DNA of 63,658 nucleotides from a virus (Duplodnaviria; Heunggongvirae; Uroviricota; Caudoviricetes): IMG/VR virus record IMGVR_UViG_3300031088_000776; one strand, 5' to 3'. Shown piece by piece: positions 8,376 to 18,532 of this stretch (position 1 is its first letter; each line of letters starts with the position of its first letter). The notes under the pieces were generated by a model. It saw only the letters and a program-made list of their open reading frames with translations, ran no database searches and was not told where the DNA came from. The position numbers and the translations under genes were made by a program.

Positions 8376-10310
8376 TTATTCACTTGGCTCTGATACGATA
8401 ATCACGATATTTTCTTCGCTCTTACCAGTCTTACCTACACCAGGAACTACTTGTGTTACCTGAGTTTCAGTTACTTCAGAATTCTTTACTGTAACAGTAT
8501 TAATTTGCCTAAATCCCGCAGTAGCAAGCTCTAACTGGGCATCTTCAGCAGACTTACCAATAACATCCGGAACTTTAATGTCCTTAGATTCAAAGGATTT
8601 AGAAACAGTTACAACAATTTTAGAAGACGATGCTATCTCGCCAGCATTAGGAGTTTGGCTGATAACAACACCTGAAGCCTTATCTGATTCCTCAGTCTTA
8701 AATTCTACCTCAACACCAATCTTTTTAGCATCAGCTTCTACAAATTCACGAGTCTTGTCTTTCCAGTCTGGTAGTTTAATCTTACCGCTAGATACGTTCA
8801 AGACCACCTCTGAACCATTCTCTACTTTAGTTCCAGCTTTAACATTAGCGTCGACTACTCGATCTTTTTCGAGACCATCACCGTCAACTGACTTGACCTC
8901 TGAAATAACAATATTGTTCTTATAAAGTTCTTCTGTAGCCTCTTCAACTGTCTTATTCTTTAGGTTAGGGAATTCAGAAGTAGCTGGTCCAGCAGAATAC
9001 TTTAAAACAATTTCCGTGTTTTTCTTCACTTTTTCATTAGCCGCAAGATTTTGACTGATAAATGCGCCTCTATCAGCAAGGTCTGTAGGTACTAACTCTG
9101 CAGTGCAATTCAAATCAGCATTAATAAAGTCTTTACAAGCTTCAGAAATTTCCTGACCCATAGCAATACTAGAAACAGCAGTAGGTACAGTTGTGCTATC
9201 TTTAGAGTCATTATAGAAGTTTAACCCAAAGTAGCCGCCGGCACCAAGAATTGCTGCCCCAATTACTGAAAGAGCTACAATTTTACCTGTTTTACTCTTC
9301 TTTTTGACTTTAGCGGGGCTAGAAGAGAAAGAATCAGACTTAACTTCTTCTTTAATTTCTTCACTAGTTGGATCACCTGAAGGCTTTTCAAAGTCAGATT
9401 TAAGATTATTGTTAATCTCTTCATCAGTAGCCTTATCGACAACAATAGTCGGGATCATACCAGTTGCTAGCTCAGTTGCCTCTTCAATCTCTTCTTCAGA
9501 AGAATTTAAGAATGTTCCAGCAGTAGGAAGCATCGAATCAGTTAATTCTGATACTGCAATAGGTTCAGCCGATACAGCATCTTCACCGTCAGCAGTAAAG
9601 TAAGTGACTACATAAAGTGGTTCCTCAACTGGCTTAGTAAAAGCTTCTCGAGTTTCATTTTTACCTTTTACAATACTATCGATTTTTTCAGAATCGGTCT
9701 TAGCCCAAAGAAGCTTAGTAGAATCTTCATCTTCATCAAGAGTATTAGAGAACCAAAGAGTTCCGTCTTCATTTCTTGCTGTGAAGAATTTTGGCGTTTC
9801 GTAATAGAATAAGACCTTCTCAACAGTCATTGCACCCATTGGTGTATCAATGACTAACACATCATTGCTCGATGTATCACTTGAGGCCCCATCAAAGCTA
9901 CTATCATCAACTGAGCTCGAAGATGGCAGGGTTGAATCAACTGGGGATCCTTCCCAAATCATTTTAGAAGCTTCAGGTGCTTCACTCAATTCAACTTCTG
10001 TGTCCTCTGAAGGCGTGTCATCCTCATCGGCACTATTAGAAGATTCAGGTACTTCAGGTACCTCTGGCAGGGCTTCAGTCATAGATGCCTCAGCAGGAGA
10101 TTCTACTAAGAATTCATCAAGATTTACAGAATCTCTATCACTGTCTAAAGCTTCTGAATTCTCGCTAGAATCATTATTATTATTATCTTCGACCGTTTCA
10201 TTAGATTTATCAAAATCTAATTCAGGAAGATCGTCGTTATGGGAGACGGGTTCAAGAGGAAGGTTATTCACCTTCTCATTTGAACTTTCGTCAGGCTTAT
10301 TCTGACTCAT
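8376..10310 (-). CDS. Membrane-anchored PASTA-repeat protein without kinase domain
   Basis: Acidic N-terminus, globular cytoplasmic segment (YYETPKFFTARNEDG), TM (IVALSVIGAAILGAGGYFGL), then PASTA repeats (FPNLKNKT, LPDWKDKT, VPDVIGKS). Confidence 0.85.
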   Translation of the reverse strand: MSQNKPDESSNEKVNNLPLEPVSHNDDLPELDFDKSNETVEDNNNNDSSENSEALDSDRDSVNLDEFLVESPAEASMTEALPEVPEVPESSNSADEDDTPSEDTEVELSEAPEASKMIWEGSPVDSTLPSSSSVDDSSFDGASSDTSSNDVLVIDTPMGAMTVEKVLFYYETPKFFTARNEDGTLWFSNTLDEDEDSTKLLWAKTDSEKIDSIVKGKNETREAFTKPVEEPLYVVTYFTADGEDAVSAEPIAVSELTDSMLPTAGTFLNSSEEEIEEATELATGMIPTIVVDKATDEEINNNLKSDFEKPSGDPTSEEIKEEVKSDSFSSSPAKVKKKSKTGKIVALSVIGAAILGAGGYFGLNFYNDSKDSTTVPTAVSSIAMGQEISEACKDFINADLNCTAELVPTDLADRGAFISQNLAANEKVKKNTEIVLKYSAGPATSEFPNLKNKTVEEATEELYKNNIVISEVKSVDGDGLEKDRVVDANVKAGTKVENGSEVVLNVSSGKIKLPDWKDKTREFVEADAKKIGVEVEFKTEESDKASGVVISQTPNAGEIASSSKIVVTVSKSFESKDIKVPDVIGKSAEDAQLELATAGFRQINTVTVKNSEVTETQVTQVVPGVGKTGKSEENIVIIVSEPSE

Positions 10311-10363
10311 TTGTTATTACCTCTCGTTTGAAAAATGCTTCAATATTCATTATAACAAGAATA

Positions 10364-11974
10364 TTACGAATCTGTCACTTCAATTCGAGTAGTTATCTCA
10401 TTTCGTATAACTTCTCGTCTATAAAGATGTTCAGTTAGAACCGTATTATAATCTTCTTTTTCTTCTTCGAAAAGATTACGAGCTTTTTTAGCAAGTTTTT
10501 TAACACCGTTAGAAATAGCTAAAGATTTTTCTCCAACTTTATAAGCTCTTTCATTTACGTCAAGAACAATAAGATCATCTAGAGACCTAACTCGCGATAG
10601 AGCAACATAACCTAAACCTGGAGTGAAACATTTCGATAAGTCGCAGATAACCCCGTCGAAAGTCTGCCCTTGAGACTTATGGACTGTGATAGCGTAAGCA
10701 AGCTTCAAAGGGAGCTGGTTAACTGTAGCAACATCACGCTCAAATACTAAATCGCTACCATTGCTTAATTTTATAGTTTCTTTAATGCTATGCCTGTAAC
10801 CATTTGCTGGAACCTCATAGGTTTCTCCATTGTTGAATCTAACATATACGTGGCCGCCAAGGAATTTAGTAACTACTCCTAAAGAACCGTTAGGGAGAAA
10901 CTCCCCCATGAGATTTACGTTAGCAGTGAGCATTACCTTAGTACCGACTTTTAATTTTAAAAGTTCAGGAATATTGTTAGACTTTAGTAGCTGCTTAACA
11001 TACTTATCTTCGCCTTCAGAATAGTAAGAGAAGACCTTTTCTGGATTAGGGTTAGCCAAGTATTCTTGCTGATTGAACTTATCGACATTACTGTTTGTTG
11101 TGTAGAGACGAGTATATGTCTTATTTGGGTCAGCCATTGACTCGTCGCCTTTCCGAGCGTTAATTAATTTTCGAGCAATGTCATCAACACTATTAGTAGA
11201 AATCTTATGAAGAACGTACTTCAATTTCTTGTCAGTAGCCCTATGTGTCTTATCCATATAGAGGTGGCGCATTTTAGCCTCTTTCCAGGCTGGCTTACCG
11301 ATACAGAATCCAGTATCTAGAGCAATCTTCTCTTTTTCGCCTGAAGCATTAGTCACCTCAATTTTTTCATTTCCTTTTGAAACAGGTGGTAACTGCATGA
11401 AGTCTCCGAGAAGAACTAATTGAACTCCACCGAAAGGCTTACTTGATCTTCTAAAATACTTCATTAATGCATTGAGTTTTTCAAAGAGGTAGTAAGGGAG
11501 CATTGAGATCTCGTCGATGATAAGAACATCAGCAGCGACAATTCCATCACGTCTAGCCCAGCACTGAGGGGGAACGTTTCGTTTGTCAAAAGGATCAGTA
11601 CTAATTCCGATACCACTCCATGAATGGATAGTCTTCCCACCAATGAGAGACGCTGCAATACCAGTTGAAGCCGTAACAGCAACGTTAGCTTTCCCATCAG
11701 TGTCAGCATCAAGCACTTCAATGAACTTATTGATGATGGTAGTTTTTCCAGAGCCAGCCGGGCCTGAAATAAAGAGGTTTTCACCGTTTAGTAGTCTTGA
11801 TAAAACCTCAGTCTGGCTGTTAAGCTTATATCCTTCTTGAGACTCTTCAAGGGTTTTAAAACCTAAATATGGATCCGAATTAAAGTCTTCAATAACGCTG
11901 TACCGTGATCTTGCGGCTCGATCCATAGCTTCTGCTACAGACTCTTTAGTCTGATTTAATTTTTTATTTTTCAC
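10364..11974 (-). CDS. Pif1/RecD-like SF1B DNA helicase
   Basis: GPAGSGKTT, IIDEISM, LGDFMQLPPV, PLKLAYAITVHKSQGQT, YVALSRVR. Confidence 0.93.
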   Translation of the reverse strand: MKNKKLNQTKESVAEAMDRAARSRYSVIEDFNSDPYLGFKTLEESQEGYKLNSQTEVLSRLLNGENLFISGPAGSGKTTIINKFIEVLDADTDGKANVAVTASTGIAASLIGGKTIHSWSGIGISTDPFDKRNVPPQCWARRDGIVAADVLIIDEISMLPYYLFEKLNALMKYFRRSSKPFGGVQLVLLGDFMQLPPVSKGNEKIEVTNASGEKEKIALDTGFCIGKPAWKEAKMRHLYMDKTHRATDKKLKYVLHKISTNSVDDIARKLINARKGDESMADPNKTYTRLYTTNSNVDKFNQQEYLANPNPEKVFSYYSEGEDKYVKQLLKSNNIPELLKLKVGTKVMLTANVNLMGEFLPNGSLGVVTKFLGGHVYVRFNNGETYEVPANGYRHSIKETIKLSNGSDLVFERDVATVNQLPLKLAYAITVHKSQGQTFDGVICDLSKCFTPGLGYVALSRVRSLDDLIVLDVNERAYKVGEKSLAISNGVKKLAKKARNLFEEEKEDYNTVLTEHLYRREVIRNEITTRIEVTDS

Positions 11975-11977
11975 TAC

Positions 11978-12925
11978 TTACCTATTCCTCAAGATGCTTT
12001 GAAGCTCAATGAGCTTTACTTCCATTTCAACAGCGCTATCTGTAGCTGAGCCACCTTTAACTGAAGTTTCAAGGTGAGCTAATAATTCGACAGCAGCTTG
12101 TAATTTTACTGTACCAAAATTTCTAGCATTTTGTATTGCTAACTTAAGGGGGTATCCATCTTTAACGTCTAATATTTCTGCAATACGAGACTGTGCTATA
12201 CCAGACTGAGCTAGCATTCCGGCTCTATACGCTAATTGGAATTTATTTCTAAGAATTGCTAGAACTACAAGAAGATCACTATTCTGATGAACACGTCTAA
12301 ATACTCTAATCATTTCTGTAGTTCGGCCTTCAAGAAGATGCTGTTCAATCTCCCATGGAGGCACTGAACCTGGAGCCTGAGGTAGCCTAATATAGATTTC
12401 AGCTAAACTGATTTGGCGTTGTTCAGTTTTAGAAAGATCTGAAAAGCTTCTAACAATAGGTATAAGAGTTTCATAGTCTTGGCCTACATAATTAAGCATG
12501 TACTCTCGTACTTCACGCGTGAATCCCATGTCTGCGATAAGTCGAGCGCCGGCCGACATAGTACTCTTAGAGTCAACTTTAGAGATTACAACCTTTCCAT
12601 CAAGATCTGTAAAAAGCTTCTCTAACTTTCGAGTTGAGTTCCGAGGTACTGAAGTGTAGACAATAAGTCCTCTACCTGCTGAGGCCTCGATTTTACCGGA
12701 CTTAATCTTAGCAGTCATATCATCGACAAAACGCTTTACCTGCTCAATATCTTCAAGGTGAATAATACCTGCTGGTGATTCTCCGAAAAGAGTTGGTGTT
12801 CCAGCCTCTAGAAGACTAGACATTCTTTTAGTGTCTTTAGTTTCTAACTCCCATTCAGCCATAATTAATTCTTTTTGTAGGTCAATATAAACCTGGGACT
12901 TATCTATAATGAGAGCTATCTTCAT
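11978..12925 (-). CDS. holA: DNA polymerase III delta subunit-like clamp-loader protein
   Basis: TPTLFG motif, delta-like length, C-terminal AVELLAHLETSVKGG...EVKLIEL. Confidence 0.7.
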   Translation of the reverse strand: MKIALIIDKSQVYIDLQKELIMAEWELETKDTKRMSSLLEAGTPTLFGESPAGIIHLEDIEQVKRFVDDMTAKIKSGKIEASAGRGLIVYTSVPRNSTRKLEKLFTDLDGKVVISKVDSKSTMSAGARLIADMGFTREVREYMLNYVGQDYETLIPIVRSFSDLSKTEQRQISLAEIYIRLPQAPGSVPPWEIEQHLLEGRTTEMIRVFRRVHQNSDLLVVLAILRNKFQLAYRAGMLAQSGIAQSRIAEILDVKDGYPLKLAIQNARNFGTVKLQAAVELLAHLETSVKGGSATDSAVEMEVKLIELQSILRNR

Positions 12926-12944
12926 TTACTCTACACTCCAATTC

Positions 12945-13529
12945 TTACAAAATTCTTTCAATATAACCATTATCTACCATATTACGCTTCTTAATAAAGA
13001 TTTCATCTTCTTCACCATCACAGAAAATACGTCTAGAGTCTAAACTCTTTGAAGCGTTATCACCCATGACAAAAATTTCTTCTGTACTCAAAGTGTGCGA
13101 ATACTTATTATTACCAAGCTTGCACTCATAATTCTCTTCTTCAGTGTTAAAAATTTCTTCTCCATTAACAAAGAAAGATTTACCGTCATACTCTAGAGTA
13201 TCCCCTGGTGCTGCAGCAACTCTCTTAATTAGATTAGGCCTATCGTCACCCATATAACCCCAAGACTTAGGTTTAGTGAAAACAAAAATCTGATCTTTAG
13301 AAACTCCCTTATCTTTCTTAAGCATAATAACGTCATTATGCTTAAGAGTTGGGTTCATCGAATCTCCCGAAACTAAAAAGAATGAAACACCCATCGACAT
13401 GAATATTATAAAAATAGTCATAGACAAGGCTGCACCAGTCGCCACAATCCATATGACGCTCTTTGTAATTCGCTTCTTTAAGTCTTTTTGCGCAAGATTC
13501 TTTCTAGAATTCTTCAAAATTAAGATCAC
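12945..13529 (-). CDS. lepB: Signal peptidase I
   Basis: TM segment followed by VSGDSMNPTL (Ser), LIKRV (Lys) and FVMGDNASKSLDSR boxes. Confidence 0.92.
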   Translation of the reverse strand: MILILKNSRKNLAQKDLKKRITKSVIWIVATGAALSMTIFIIFMSMGVSFFLVSGDSMNPTLKHNDVIMLKKDKGVSKDQIFVFTKPKSWGYMGDDRPNLIKRVAAAPGDTLEYDGKSFFVNGEEIFNTEEENYECKLGNNKYSHTLSTEEIFVMGDNASKSLDSRRIFCDGEEDEIFIKKRNMVDNGYIERIL

Positions 13530-13957
13530 ACCTTAAGCTGCTGGCGCAGGTTATTTCCTACGGCTTGTAGAGTTTGTAATTCAAGTCTTAAGGTATGCGA
13601 GGCTCGAACAAGTTCATTCTTTACCTGACCTAAAACAAGATAATCATTCTCTAAATTTTCGCAGTAAATATCAGCATGAAGCTTCTTTTCAGCAGCAGTC
13701 TTCTTAGTTGAGGCTAGGAACATTCTAGCATGCTGGCGCTCGTAAGCCACCTTAGCTATCATCTCTTGAGTTTCATAATCATTAACTTTTTCAGTTAATT
13801 GGAACAAAGCTCGACGTGCGCTATTAATAGCCTTACTTAAAGCGTCAAGTGAATCATAATCAATGATTTCTTCATCGTAATTATAATAATCTGTAATTGA
13901 CGTAGGTTCTACCTTAGGCAACACAATAGGTCTTTTAACTTTTTCATTATCGCTCAT
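13526..13957 (-). CDS. Coiled-coil hypothetical protein (weak UvsY-like resemblance)
   Basis: Helical heptad pattern; overlaps lepB by 4 nt. Confidence 0.55.
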   Translation of the reverse strand: MSDNEKVKRPIVLPKVEPTSITDYYNYDEEIIDYDSLDALSKAINSARRALFQLTEKVNDYETQEMIAKVAYERQHARMFLASTKKTAAEKKLHADIYCENLENDYLVLGQVKNELVRASHTLRLELQTLQAVGNNLRQQLKV

Positions 13958-14021
13958 TGTTATACTTTACCAACTTTCTCAAAGATTTTACAGATATCTT
14001 ATCAAAGAAAAACAAAAAACT

Positions 14022-14687
14022 TTACTTGACCGAAACAGCGATCTTAAGACAATCAAAAAGCGAATCGACTGAAGTTTTAGACTCAATAAGATTAGATATA
14101 CCCCAGACTGAAGAAGACTCAGACTCAACAAACTCCCAAGCGCCCTCAACACGCTTCAAGAAATTTCCATTAACTTCTAAAGACGAACCATTAAGAGAGT
14201 CTCTACCTAGAGAAGAACCAATTGTTTCAAAGATCAAATCTAAAGTTTCCGACAACTTTCTCAAATCACCAGGAGACAACTTTCGACTACCGTCAAAACT
14301 TAAAGCATTCTTGATTTGAATAATTCTATCACCAGAAGAATCATGAACAGTCACTCTATTCTGTGAAAACGAAAAACCAGGGAAATCTTTAGAAAACAAC
14401 TCTGAAATTAAGAACTTTGTCTTAGGGTATTCTCCGACTTGATGCGACTTATAGTACTGCTGAGCTAGAGTCTTATCAGCCAAAATAGAGTAATATCCAA
14501 ACTTTTTGAAAACCTCTGAAAGCTGATCATCAATAGCGATCTTCTTAGGGTCCATAGATTTAATTTTACTCGCACGGAGCTCTTCATAGCTTTTCTTAGC
14601 GAGAACAATATCTGATTTAAGTGAATTAATAAGTTTAGAATTACGGGATATTTCTTGGAATTCACTCAAGTTTGATTTTTCGGACAT
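14022..14687 (-). CDS. Hypothetical protein
   Basis: 221 aa ORF with GAGG SD, codirectional with the operon. Confidence 0.65.
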   Translation of the reverse strand: MSEKSNLSEFQEISRNSKLINSLKSDIVLAKKSYEELRASKIKSMDPKKIAIDDQLSEVFKKFGYYSILADKTLAQQYYKSHQVGEYPKTKFLISELFSKDFPGFSFSQNRVTVHDSSGDRIIQIKNALSFDGSRKLSPGDLRKLSETLDLIFETIGSSLGRDSLNGSSLEVNGNFLKRVEGAWEFVESESSSVWGISNLIESKTSVDSLFDCLKIAVSVK

Positions 14688-14829
14688 CTAATACCTCTTT
14701 CTTTTGTCTGAAACAAGAGTATCTTACCAAAAGCCTAGAGACTCTATTCTTACTTTAAAACTGTATTCTTCAGAAAGACTAGCGTTTAGTAGCGTAGCTA
14801 CTATACTCAGAATCTAGAAAATCACTGCT

Positions 14830-14872
14830 TACCTTACCTACCATAGACTCTAACTTGAGGATACGCACACGC
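14830..14872. repeat. Direct repeat A (~45 bp)
   Basis: TACCTTACCTACCATAGACTCTAACTTGAGGATACGCACACGC, repeated at 15248-15293. Confidence 0.85.
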
Positions 14873-14912
14873 GAACAAAGTTAGCTCCGTCCCCACAGCT
14901 TCCCCCGAAGAC

Positions 14913-15086
14913 CTACTCCCACCGCCTACTAAGTAACACCTCCAACGCAAGCATGGGAATAATAGCGAGCATTGATCCCGCAATAGTTCCTCCAATAAAG
15001 ACTAGAGGGAACGAATTGATACTTACTCCCCATAAGCCGAATAGAAATGCAATAGCACAGATTGATCCACAGACTATAAAGCGCAT
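14913..15086 (-). CDS. Small 2-TM protein (57 aa), not in the ORF track
   Basis: Manual translation MRFIVCGSICAIAFLFGLWGVSINSFPLVFIGGTIAGSMLAIIPMLALEVLLSRRWE*; AGGAG SD. Confidence 0.7.
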   Translation of the reverse strand: MRFIVCGSICAIAFLFGLWGVSINSFPLVFIGGTIAGSMLAIIPMLALEVLLSRRWE

Positions 15087-15247
15087 CGAAACTCCTAATA
15101 TCCATTAATATTTCTTTACAATTAAACTTTATATTTTTTACCCTTAAAGGTCAATTTTAGAAACATCCAGAACTGGTATTCTAAAGGTACTTTTAAAAAA
15201 TACTCAAGAGACTACATTTCTAAAAAGTACAGTTTTCTGTATCTAAC

Positions 15248-15293
15248 TACCTTACCTACCATAGACTTTAACTTGAGGTGTATACGCGCACGC
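15248..15293. repeat. Direct repeat B (~45 bp)
   Basis: TACCTTACCTACCATAGACTTTAACTTGAGGTGTATACGCGCACGC. Confidence 0.85.
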
Positions 15294-15509
15294 ATAGTTC
15301 CACTGGCGACTCCCACCGCTGGCCCCACTCAATAAGCCCCCACTCTAATGAAACCCTGAGTAAGTCTATCGCCATATTTAAATTAAGCCTCTACTTGGTA
15401 AGATCTTAAAAGTGATTTCTCTCTATGAAAACGAGATGCGCCACATTGAAAAAGTTAAACTTGAGTTTATGCTCCTATAACCCACTTGTTTTAGTAAAGG
15501 ATCGAAGAT

Positions 15510-16391
15510 TTGTTTATCAGTGATAGCGACCTTATTGAAGACTGGGATTGGGCTCGAAACCCACTTGATCCGAAGACTGTAAGGGTATTCTCGAATAAGA
15601 AGTGCTGGTGGGTCTGTAAATTCAATCACTCATGGTTAGCAGCACCTTCAAATAGATCTTCAGGTAGAGGATGCCGTGAATGCCGTAGATCTAAAGACCC
15701 GGAAGTAATTAAAGAGAATTTAAAGAAAAGACATGGCATCACTGAAGAATGGCTTGAAGAAAACTACGTTAACTCTAGCAATTCTTTTGAAGATATTTTA
15801 AAAATTTTTGGAATTGGCCATACTGTAGTAAGAAAAGGATTAAGAGTTTACAGTCTTTCTAAAGATAAAACGCTTATTAAAGACAGTAAGAATAAAAAGA
15901 GAGATTCTACTAACATTGAAAGATATGGTAGCTCTAATCCTCATAATTTTGCTCGAAACAAAAAGTCTTCGTTTGAGAGTGAAATTGAATCTTTACTTGG
16001 TAAAATTATAGAGGAAAAGCTTAACAAAGAAAAGTCTTTGCTTTTTAGAAGTGAATTAAAATCTAGACTGAGATTTGAGTACTCTAATATTGAGATTATA
16101 GAGCCTAAAGAATTGGATTTCTATTTTCCAGAGTTGAAGCTGGCGATAGAGTTCAATGGAAATTACTGGCATGATTTCGATTTATGGTCTTCAGATGTAA
16201 AAAATGGGACTTTTAATTCTAAGGAGCGAATAAAGACTAAACTTTGCGAAGAAAAAGAAGTAAAACTATTTCACATTTGGGAGTGTGAATGGGTTGCTTT
16301 AACCGTAGACGATAAGAGGGAACTTCTGGAAGAAATTCTTGAATACAAAAAGAAAGAGTGTGAGAATGTTCAAATTAGCCCATTGCAGTGA
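15510..16391 (+). CDS. Zn-ribbon + PD-(D/E)XK-like (Hef-like) free-standing endonuclease
   Basis: EDWDWARN.P...WWVCKFNHSW...GRGCREC treble-clef repeat; C-terminal ELDFYFPELKLAIEFNGNYWH...KLFHIWECEW. Confidence 0.75.
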   Translation: MFISDSDLIEDWDWARNPLDPKTVRVFSNKKCWWVCKFNHSWLAAPSNRSSGRGCRECRRSKDPEVIKENLKKRHGITEEWLEENYVNSSNSFEDILKIFGIGHTVVRKGLRVYSLSKDKTLIKDSKNKKRDSTNIERYGSSNPHNFARNKKSSFESEIESLLGKIIEEKLNKEKSLLFRSELKSRLRFEYSNIEIIEPKELDFYFPELKLAIEFNGNYWHDFDLWSSDVKNGTFNSKERIKTKLCEEKEVKLFHIWECEWVALTVDDKRELLEEILEYKKKECENVQISPLQ

Positions 16392-17619
16392 TCCACATGC
16401 TGGATACCGTTCAGGTGTCCACGTAAATAAGCAAGGTATCAATCTTAGAGAAGCTGATGGTTATATGGCGTTTCAAGAGATGGTTACTGACATTATTAAG
16501 AATGAAGTAGATGCTGCAGTGTTCTGTGGAGACATCTTCCATACTCCAAACCCTAAAACAACTGAGGTAGTCTTTGTTCAGAATCAATTGAGAAGACTAG
16601 CCGCTGTTGGAATCGCTGTTTATCTTCTCGCAGGAAATCATGATACGAATGATATTAAATCAGATATTGCAGCCTCAAGAGTTCTTAATGACCCCCTTAG
16701 AAAGATTTATTCTCACGCTGAACCTTACGCTAAACATGAAATTGGGGACGGTATCCATCTCCACTTAGTCTCTCACCATATGTATCAAGAGCAGGCTGAC
16801 ACTATGAAGCTAATCAAGCCGACTCCCAGCGAGGTCAACATTTTCTCAACACACGGTAGCGTTATTGACCCACTTCTAAAAGAAAAACTTAAAACAGAGC
16901 AATCGCCTCGAGAAATTGTTATCCCTGATTTCCTCTTAAACGATAGAGATTGGAGCTATACCCTCTTAGGGCATATTCATGAAAGAGGGTGGGTTGGGTC
17001 TAAGGATGGCCGAACTGATTCACTAAAGAAAAGAATCTATTATAACGGCTCTCTTATCCGTCGTGGTTTTAGCGATAAAGAAGTGAAATTAGGTAGAGGT
17101 TGGACGCTTTGGGAAATTGATAGCTCTGGCGAGTTCAAGCCGACTCCTAAAAAAGTCGCTCAAAGACCGCAGTATGACTTTGCCGCAATTGATGCTGCAA
17201 AACTCACTCCAAATGAAATTTCTGAAAAGATTATCGAAAGACTTAGAGAAACACAGGTTGATGGAACTAACTTCATTAGCGCTACAGCCCCGATTCTACG
17301 CCAGAAAGTAATTAATCTTACTCCAAGTAAACATAGCGCTCTTGATTGGACGAACTTCAATAGGCAATCCGCACACGCTATGCAGTTTGAAGTGAAGCCC
17401 TTAGTTATCGCTGGATACGAAGAACCAACCTCAGGAAAACTCATTGTTCCAGGAGATGATCTTCAAGGTAACGGAGATGTGGTTAAGCTTTATAGTGATT
17501 GGATTCAAGACAATAAGCTTCTAGAAGAAACAAGCAAAGATCTTCGCGCAACAATCATAAAACAGACAACTGATTTTATCACTAAGGCACAGGAGAAAAT
17601 TCTTGACAATGAAAAATAA
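16366..17619 (+). CDS. sbcD: SbcD/Mre11 nuclease
   Basis: HCSDPH, CGDIFH, AGNHD and LGHIH metallophosphoesterase motifs; ATG at 16366 preferred over the TTG at 16339. Confidence 0.9.
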   Translation: MFKLAHCSDPHAGYRSGVHVNKQGINLREADGYMAFQEMVTDIIKNEVDAAVFCGDIFHTPNPKTTEVVFVQNQLRRLAAVGIAVYLLAGNHDTNDIKSDIAASRVLNDPLRKIYSHAEPYAKHEIGDGIHLHLVSHHMYQEQADTMKLIKPTPSEVNIFSTHGSVIDPLLKEKLKTEQSPREIVIPDFLLNDRDWSYTLLGHIHERGWVGSKDGRTDSLKKRIYYNGSLIRRGFSDKEVKLGRGWTLWEIDSSGEFKPTPKKVAQRPQYDFAAIDAAKLTPNEISEKIIERLRETQVDGTNFISATAPILRQKVINLTPSKHSALDWTNFNRQSAHAMQFEVKPLVIAGYEEPTSGKLIVPGDDLQGNGDVVKLYSDWIQDNKLLEETSKDLRATIIKQTTDFITKAQEKILDNEK

Positions 17620-18517
17620 CGAGAATTATAATGAAGAAACTAAAAACGAAAGTCTTTCTGTAGAATTAAAAGAGAATGAATCAGAAAGTGCTAAAGAAAA
17701 TGTAAAGACAAAAATGTCTAAAAAGACTATAGCCCTACTCACTATAGGAGCTATTGCCTTAGGTGGCTCTGGCGCTGCAGGATATGTTTTTGGGTTAGAC
17801 CCCTATTTGAAGACTAAAGCTGCTGAGAAAGATCTTTCAGAAATGTTTGCTAATAGAGGGCCTATTCAAGCTGAAAATACAACTGTATTTGATTTCAATA
17901 TTGAATACTCAGAAGATATTGGTGAAATAGCTAAACAGAAAGCTTTAGGTAGTGATAATGCTCCTTCTATGGCTACGTTCAGCTTCACAAATGGTAAGAC
18001 TTCTGAATCTAATCAGACTAAAGAACTTGAAACATATCTTGACTTTAATTCGCAAAGATCTCGTGATTTCTTCAATCAGAACTCTGACTCTTTAAAAAGC
18101 TTAGTAGAGACAGGTAAAATTACATTAAACGTAATTCCTGTGCCTAGCGATAACCCTTATTCGGCTTATGCGCCTGAAGCTCTTGCAATTGTTTTTGAGA
18201 AGTATCCTGATAAAGCCTGGGATTCATTAAAGCAATTGATGAAGTTGTCAGTCGTTATTGCTGACGAAGGAGTTACAGACAAAAACGAGATTATTAAGCG
18301 TATTGTCAAGTCAATCAATTCGACTGGGGCTTCAATAACCTCTAAAGAAATTCTTAAAGGAGAGTATGCTAGCTGGGTCTTATCAGTAGCTACATCTGAA
18401 AAATTGAAAACTTCAGGAGGTATTCCAGCATTATATCTTAATGGTGATCTAGTAAATACTGACGAAGTCGATATTTTAAATTCTGAGTCCCTCGTCAGTT
18501 ACATCTGGAAAAAGTAA
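17603..18517 (+). CDS. Membrane-anchored DsbA/thioredoxin-fold protein lacking CxxC
   Basis: TYLDFNSQRSRDF..LVETGKITL and GGIPALYLNG align with DsbA motifs, with SxxS in place of CxxC. Confidence 0.65.
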   Translation: MTMKNNENYNEETKNESLSVELKENESESAKENVKTKMSKKTIALLTIGAIALGGSGAAGYVFGLDPYLKTKAAEKDLSEMFANRGPIQAENTTVFDFNIEYSEDIGEIAKQKALGSDNAPSMATFSFTNGKTSESNQTKELETYLDFNSQRSRDFFNQNSDSLKSLVETGKITLNVIPVPSDNPYSAYAPEALAIVFEKYPDKAWDSLKQLMKLSVVIADEGVTDKNEIIKRIVKSINSTGASITSKEILKGEYASWVLSVATSEKLKTSGGIPALYLNGDLVNTDEVDILNSESLVSYIWKK

Positions 18518-18532
18518 AGGATATTTTATAAA

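Noticed and set aside
13957-14319. Plus-strand 120-aa ORF and the many similar antisense or nested ORFs (e.g. 6018..6527, 9850..10305, 52675..53199, 61746..62192)
   Set aside because: They are shadows of well-supported genes on the opposite strand or in another frame, with no motifs.
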